A stretch of 63,276 nucleotides of DNA, the filler included, from Basidiobolus ranarum (lineage: Eukaryota), in the NCBI GenBank assembly GCA_040143965.1. It is 54 parts of 54 records of this genome, joined end to end, with 100 filler letters (N's around TTAATTAATTAA, not from the genome) between each part and the next. Parts side by side here need not be neighbours in the genome. Positions count along the whole stretch, not along the records: positions 58,701 to 59,769 come from JASJQH010006578.1; positions 59,870 to 60,938 come from JASJQH010006579.1; positions 61,039 to 62,107 come from JASJQH010006580.1; positions 62,208 to 63,276 come from JASJQH010006581.1; 50 more parts are not named here. One strand, given 5' to 3'. Position 1 is the first letter of the stretch, and every line of letters starts with the position of its first letter. Position numbers and translations under genes: made by a program. This document shows, one piece after another, positions 58,701 to 63,276 of this stretch. The notes below the pieces were generated by a model. The model saw only the letters and a program-made list of their open reading frames with translations, was not told where the DNA came from and did not search any database.

Positions 58701-59769
58701 TTACTGATGGCAGGAGTGTCACCAATACATACAATGATATTAGCTTTAATAAAATATTCACCCATCTGAACCCCATTAGATAACCATTCAAATTCCACAA
58801 TCAAAGGCTCCCAGAAGCTATCTATAAGCATTGGTGATTTAGGTCTAGATATGATGGATAGTATCAAAATATTATGACTCTTATATCATTCAGAATGAGG
58901 AAGATTTAAGTTGATTAAAATTATTGGCCAGCAAGCCTTTCTAGCAGTATATTTGTTTAGTGAGAAACCATCCAGAGCCAATGCAAATGCATGATCATAT
59001 GTGTTCTCAAAGAAACCTTGACTTTTCAGAATCTGGTAATGCTATCCATCAAGTATATTGGTAATACCATCAGCTTTATGGTAGGTACTTTGGTATTGGA
59101 TCAATGATATATATTTGGGTGATTTCATCGTAACTTTAAGTCGGGGAATCAACGGTATGTAAGACAAATATGAATGATATTTACATGATTCAGTGATTGC
59201 CAAATTTGTGCAAACAGTACATGACTACAGGTTTTTCAGATCACCGGTGAAAGCCAAACAACCATTTGGACATGAAGGCAGTTTAATTACTGAAGGATTA
59301 TAAGTCATACAATTGACAATTGTTTTCCACTTGTATCAGGTCTGTGGCAAGCAACAGTTGCCAATCAACTGTGGTAAAAGTGTAAGAAAACCAATAAACA
59401 CCTGGTTGCTAAGATCGGATTGAACTCTCCACTCCTCAATAATCAAAGCTGCTTCCTTTACTATAAGTATTATGAGTGGACATCAGCTGATTCTGAGATG
59501 GTGTCACAGATGAGTCATCAGGGGATTTACAAGATATTTCCAGTAATGGATGGCAATTTTGGTTTATTATAAGCTGTTTCTAAGCAACTTCATTACACCA
59601 AGTTTACCATCTGAAAATTTCCATGCCATTCAAAAAGCGTTCAAAATCTAAGTCAAAATTGGCTTCCAAGCTAAGGCCTGCTTGCACAAAACGCCACAAC
59701 CCCGCAACACCAGTGGACTTAATTAATGAGCAGTCTAGCAATCCACTCTCCACTTTGGAAGGCATTATT
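58701..59769. mobile_element. CACTA copy: transposase (minus, to 59480) with its N-terminus deleted, intergenic region, ORF2 start (59623, plus)
   Basis: Third view of the divergent layout. Junction gagtgga|catcagctg. Confidence 0.82.
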
Positions 59770-59869
59770 NNNNNNNNNNNNNNNNNNNNNNNNNNNNNNN
59801 NNNNNNNNNNNNNTTAATTAATTAANNNNNNNNNNNNNNNNNNNNNNNNNNNNNNNNNNNNNNNNNNNN

Positions 59870-60005
59870 TGAGGATGGCACTTACCGCAAGACTGGTGAT
59901 GTTTTCCCCCGTATTCACGAACAAAGAGCCCGTTTAGTCGACCGTGGTATTGGAGCTAGACCATTGCAACCTTTGTGGTGCGCTCGTAATCCTCGTAACT
60001 GTTAA
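59870..60005 (+). CDS. GH20 beta-N-acetylhexosaminidase C-terminus (partial)
   Basis: PRIHEQRARLVDRGIGARPLQPLWCARNPRNC* matches the conserved R.V.RG..A.P.QP.WC..NP..C end. Confidence 0.88.
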
Positions 60006-60800
60006 GTGGTATAACAGGTTGTGCCGCCAGATCTCAACTTTGATAACTTTGCCATAAATCCACTAAATTTTCTATTTCTTAATACACATTTCATGGGTTT
60101 ACAAAAAACACCGAATTGGTTATAATTCAAACAATATATCCATACTTGCATTACTGAACTAATAAAGCCCTGTTATCTGAATAATAATAATTATATTTTC
60201 TCTGGTAATTTAATAACCATTTAAAAGTTGTGTGAAGTCTATGTCAAATCTAGATATATGTAGTTTTGGACTTCAGCAATATTTCTCTCCACTTCGAGAA
60301 CGCCGTCTTTCTATTTGCAAATCGCTTATACTAAAATATTCAAGAGCTGAGTAGGCATTGACTCAATATCAACGCCTATTGTTGTATTCAGCAGTAAAGG
60401 ATCTCCTGGATCTTGGATTATTTTGGTATTTGATTTTCCTGGATTCGTAGATTTATTTTACACGCAGTTGTATTGTCTAGTTTCGAATCAAACGTAAATT
60501 ACATTTCGTTTACCTTAAAATTAATTTAACTATATTGATATTCCGAAAAAAGTTGTACGAATATAGAAAGTGTGCTTAATGAAGTCAATATGCAGTGAAA
60601 TGAAAGCCTCAGATATAGTTAAGTTCATCGGTTTGGAAATGATTAATCGGCCTTCATAGGTAAAGCTTAAAGCCATATGAGGTAATTCGGCCTCCCTAGA
60701 TTTTACCTCATTTTTTCAAACGATATAAATAGTGTTGTCCCAGCCATATCAGAGTTCAGACAATCCTCTCTCAGAACCCAAATAAACACTTCTCCATTCA

Positions 60801-60938
60801 ATGGTCGCTATCAAGCTTCTCGCTACTGTATCACTTCTTGCCGCTTCATCTATGGCTTGGGTTTGGCCCTTGCCCGAGAAGATGGAAATTGGTGAGAGTG
60901 TCTTGACCGTCAGGAACGGTTTCGACATCGATATCAAG
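60801..60938 (+). CDS. Secreted GH20 beta-N-acetylhexosaminidase N-terminus (partial, tandem paralogue)
   Basis: Signal peptide followed by VWPLP....G...L.V...F.I. TATAAATA at about 60724. Confidence 0.78.
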
Positions 60939-61038
60939 NNNNNNNNNNNNNNNNNNNNNNNNNNNNNNNNNNNNNNNNNNNNTTAATTAATTAANNNNNN
61001 NNNNNNNNNNNNNNNNNNNNNNNNNNNNNNNNNNNNNN

Positions 61039-61617
61039 ACATTCTCACCCAATTAGAAGCGTACATGATTGAATGAATAATTTGCTGATCTAAAAATGAT
61101 GAATCAAGTGATCCTGATCACCACTATCATACTGCAGATTGATCCATCATTGAGTGCTGTGATTTGCTACTGGTGTGCCAAAACTATTGGTGTTTTGTAA
61201 TGCAGGAGCCATTGGGCCCAATTGAAAATCAGGATATTGTATTAGTGAAGGGCAAATGATTGGCCTAAAAACATAGGAATGTCTTGGTTATACATTTAAT
61301 TGGGTCAGTTAGAGTATAAATAGTCTAATGTTACAGATTCAGTAATTTGTGATTTACAAACTAGGGGATGAACTTGCTTTGTCAGGTACCCAAATCTTAA
61401 TTTGGCAATACTAAATTGGTAACTTGGTATGGGCCAGTACAATATCTCCAAAAAAATCATTGTGTCAAATTGTGGCAGGATAGTGCCATATTGCACCTTA
61501 TAGTGTCCAATTGAGTGTTATAGGACCCATCAATGGTAATTGACAGATTGTGCCAGATGGTGTACTAGTGGCTGAATTGAGTGGCACAATCTGGCCTGGT
61601 CCAATGGTACAAGTCTA
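61039..61617 (-). mobile_element. Probable hAT-like transposon end (TAGACTTGTACC…), inserted in copia-2 gag (61618-61840)
   Basis: Reverse-complement homologue of 54691-55092. Confidence 0.6.
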
Positions 61618-62207
61618 GTAATTACAGAATGTGTTACTTTTCATCATATAGTGTTTTGACCTTTATTGAAAGGTTGCCCATAATGTATTAAAACATTTTT
61701 ATCATTCTTTTGGTTAGATCCCAGTTTTTGTAAATCTTCATCTAGAGGTCTGCCAAATACATAATTTAAGATCAAATTTTCAGTTCTTGATTTTAGAGCT
61801 GTTACTAGGCTCTGGAACATGTGTATCAGCCTATTCATTTCATTATTCTGATCTTGGCATACTCATCCATTGCATATAGAACTCTTCTTTTATTAGATTA
61901 TGACATCAGAACTGCTGTGCCATCCCTTCTTGGCAATCTTGTGTTAGTTCATCCAGGTTACTGCATATGGACATCATATTCTTTGGAATATTCCATGAAT
62001 CCTAACCAATGATGTCATCCCACACGTACTGTATTTCCACCAAGACCTTCCATGGAAGTTCACCTGATCATCCTTACATCATCCCTCTTTCTATTGGTCC
62101 TTGTAGTNNNNNNNNNNNNNNNNNNNNNNNNNNNNNNNNNNNNNNNNNNNNTTAATTAATTAANNNNNNNNNNNNNNNNNNNNNNNNNNNNNNNNNNNNN
62201 NNNNNNN

Positions 62208-63276
62208 TGCATGCCTTTATTTAGATATTTTAGGCTTTGTATTCCAGCCATAATGAGAATCAAAAAATACAACAATCTCATTGTGTTTAGGCTCTACATA
62301 TACACATACTTGACTGATTAGACAAAACTCAACAACATCAATATGCTTTACCAGCAAACTAATGGTGGACAAATTGCTAAACATCTGAAATTTTGAATAG
62401 CACTGACACTTGGCAAATAGGTGACTCTTGTTACCTTTCACAATGAGAATAAGCTCTTGGATTTTAGCAAATTTCCATGAAGAATTCAGCCAATATATCC
62501 CCAACTTGCAGTCAACAAATGTCCAGCCACAAGTAGATGTGTCATTGCTTGAATAGATTACCCCTTGGCTAAAACAATAATACTGCATATCTTGATCTAT
62601 CTCACCAAGAAGTTTGTCTTGCAGCTTCTCTAAAACAGCATTGGATTATCACACAAGCAAATTGGTCCAATTATAGAGGTACTTGCTCTGTGTCCATGGA
62701 TTGGGCTTTGTTGCTGTTAATGTGCTCAAACAATGCAAAACCCATGAGCACATTGAAAGAAGCCCTTTGTTGACAGGTTAATATGCTCTGGAGTCTCCTT
62801 AACCCATTGCATGACATCCATCACTTATTTTGCTGATACATTGTTATTCAGATTAGCATGTGGTAATAATGACAATTGCACATAGAGCATCATTTCACTG
62901 CAGGTGCATTCCATTGGGAACTCCCAGAAAGTATAGCAAGGGCTTATAATCTCTAAGCATTGTGAAAGATGCAGCAGGGAATGTACTGATTACCAGAATA
63001 GATTAAGTTAATCTTCTTTAAATCTGTAATAAAGTTTTTCATGCCCAATTACAAAATCTTTGCACAATTGCTGTATCTGCCTGGGATATGTCAATGTGAG
63101 TTGATGCCTTGCAAATATATTAACAATATTGACAAACAACTCCAAATGTTGCCAATACTTTTCAAGCAGAAATCTTTTCAAAATTCCACTTGAATATATA
63201 CAAATCCAATACTTCCAGTCTTTGCATTTGAATAAACGCCTAGATGAGTGGATATTGATGGGAGTCCTGGTGAAAT
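62208..63276 (-). mobile_element. CACTA transposase C-terminal third up to its stop (62217)
   Basis: FTRTPINIHSSRRLFKCKDWK through FWEFPME to …TKPKISK*. Confidence 0.85.

Noticed and set aside
61845-62107. Possible additional retroelement fragment
   Set aside because: CpG-poor and probably repetitive, but no frame gives a motif I can support.
1082-62207. Regularly spaced TTAATTAATTAA palindromes flanked by N, resembling an array
   Set aside because: Artificial six-frame-stop linker between size-sorted contigs. It also creates the many ORFs ending in X…LIN.
1-63276. Any operon, cluster or full-length element inferred from neighbouring contigs (e.g. integrase 20186-21096 next to gag 21197-22157)
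   Set aside because: Contig order reflects length only. I used only within-contig junctions and sequence overlaps.

Overview
This window is not contiguous DNA. It is 54 separate contigs of about 1.07-1.08 kb, sorted by decreasing length and joined by an artificial 100-bp spacer (44 N + TTAATTAATTAA six-frame stop + 44 N), so adjacency across spacers has no biological meaning. The DNA is AT-rich and eukaryotic, almost certainly fungal: short GT-AG introns (one with a CTAAC branch point), a Con-6 gene and GH20 hexosaminidases. An early-diverging lineage is plausible but cannot be shown here. Most contigs are decayed, nested transposon debris. These include at least three Ty1/copia families, at least two Ty3/gypsy families, about eight distinct LTR sequences, a probable hAT end, and an abundant CACTA/EnSpm (CMC)-type DNA transposon. 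That transposon can be pieced together from overlapping copies: CCCTAACA termini, with a Tnp2-like transposase and an unknown ORF2 arranged head-to-head. TE contigs are almost free of CpG while gene contigs are not, which points to repeat-targeted CpG methylation and deamination. Host fragments are Con-6, two tandem GH20 genes, two tandem PTGR-like reductases, an intron-containing MAPKKK-like RA-domain gene, and a secreted KKYGG-repeat protein that the ORF track missed. The most interesting observations are a 282-bp solo LTR carrying a complete tRNA-like cloverleaf, the divergent two-gene CCCTA transposon, the KKYGG repeat precursor, an LTR with a phased heat-shock-element array, a possible self-priming gypsy element, and an 84-bp CpG-retaining satellite. 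Family names (copia-1/2/3, LTR-A etc.) are my own working labels, assigned by eye without alignment tools.
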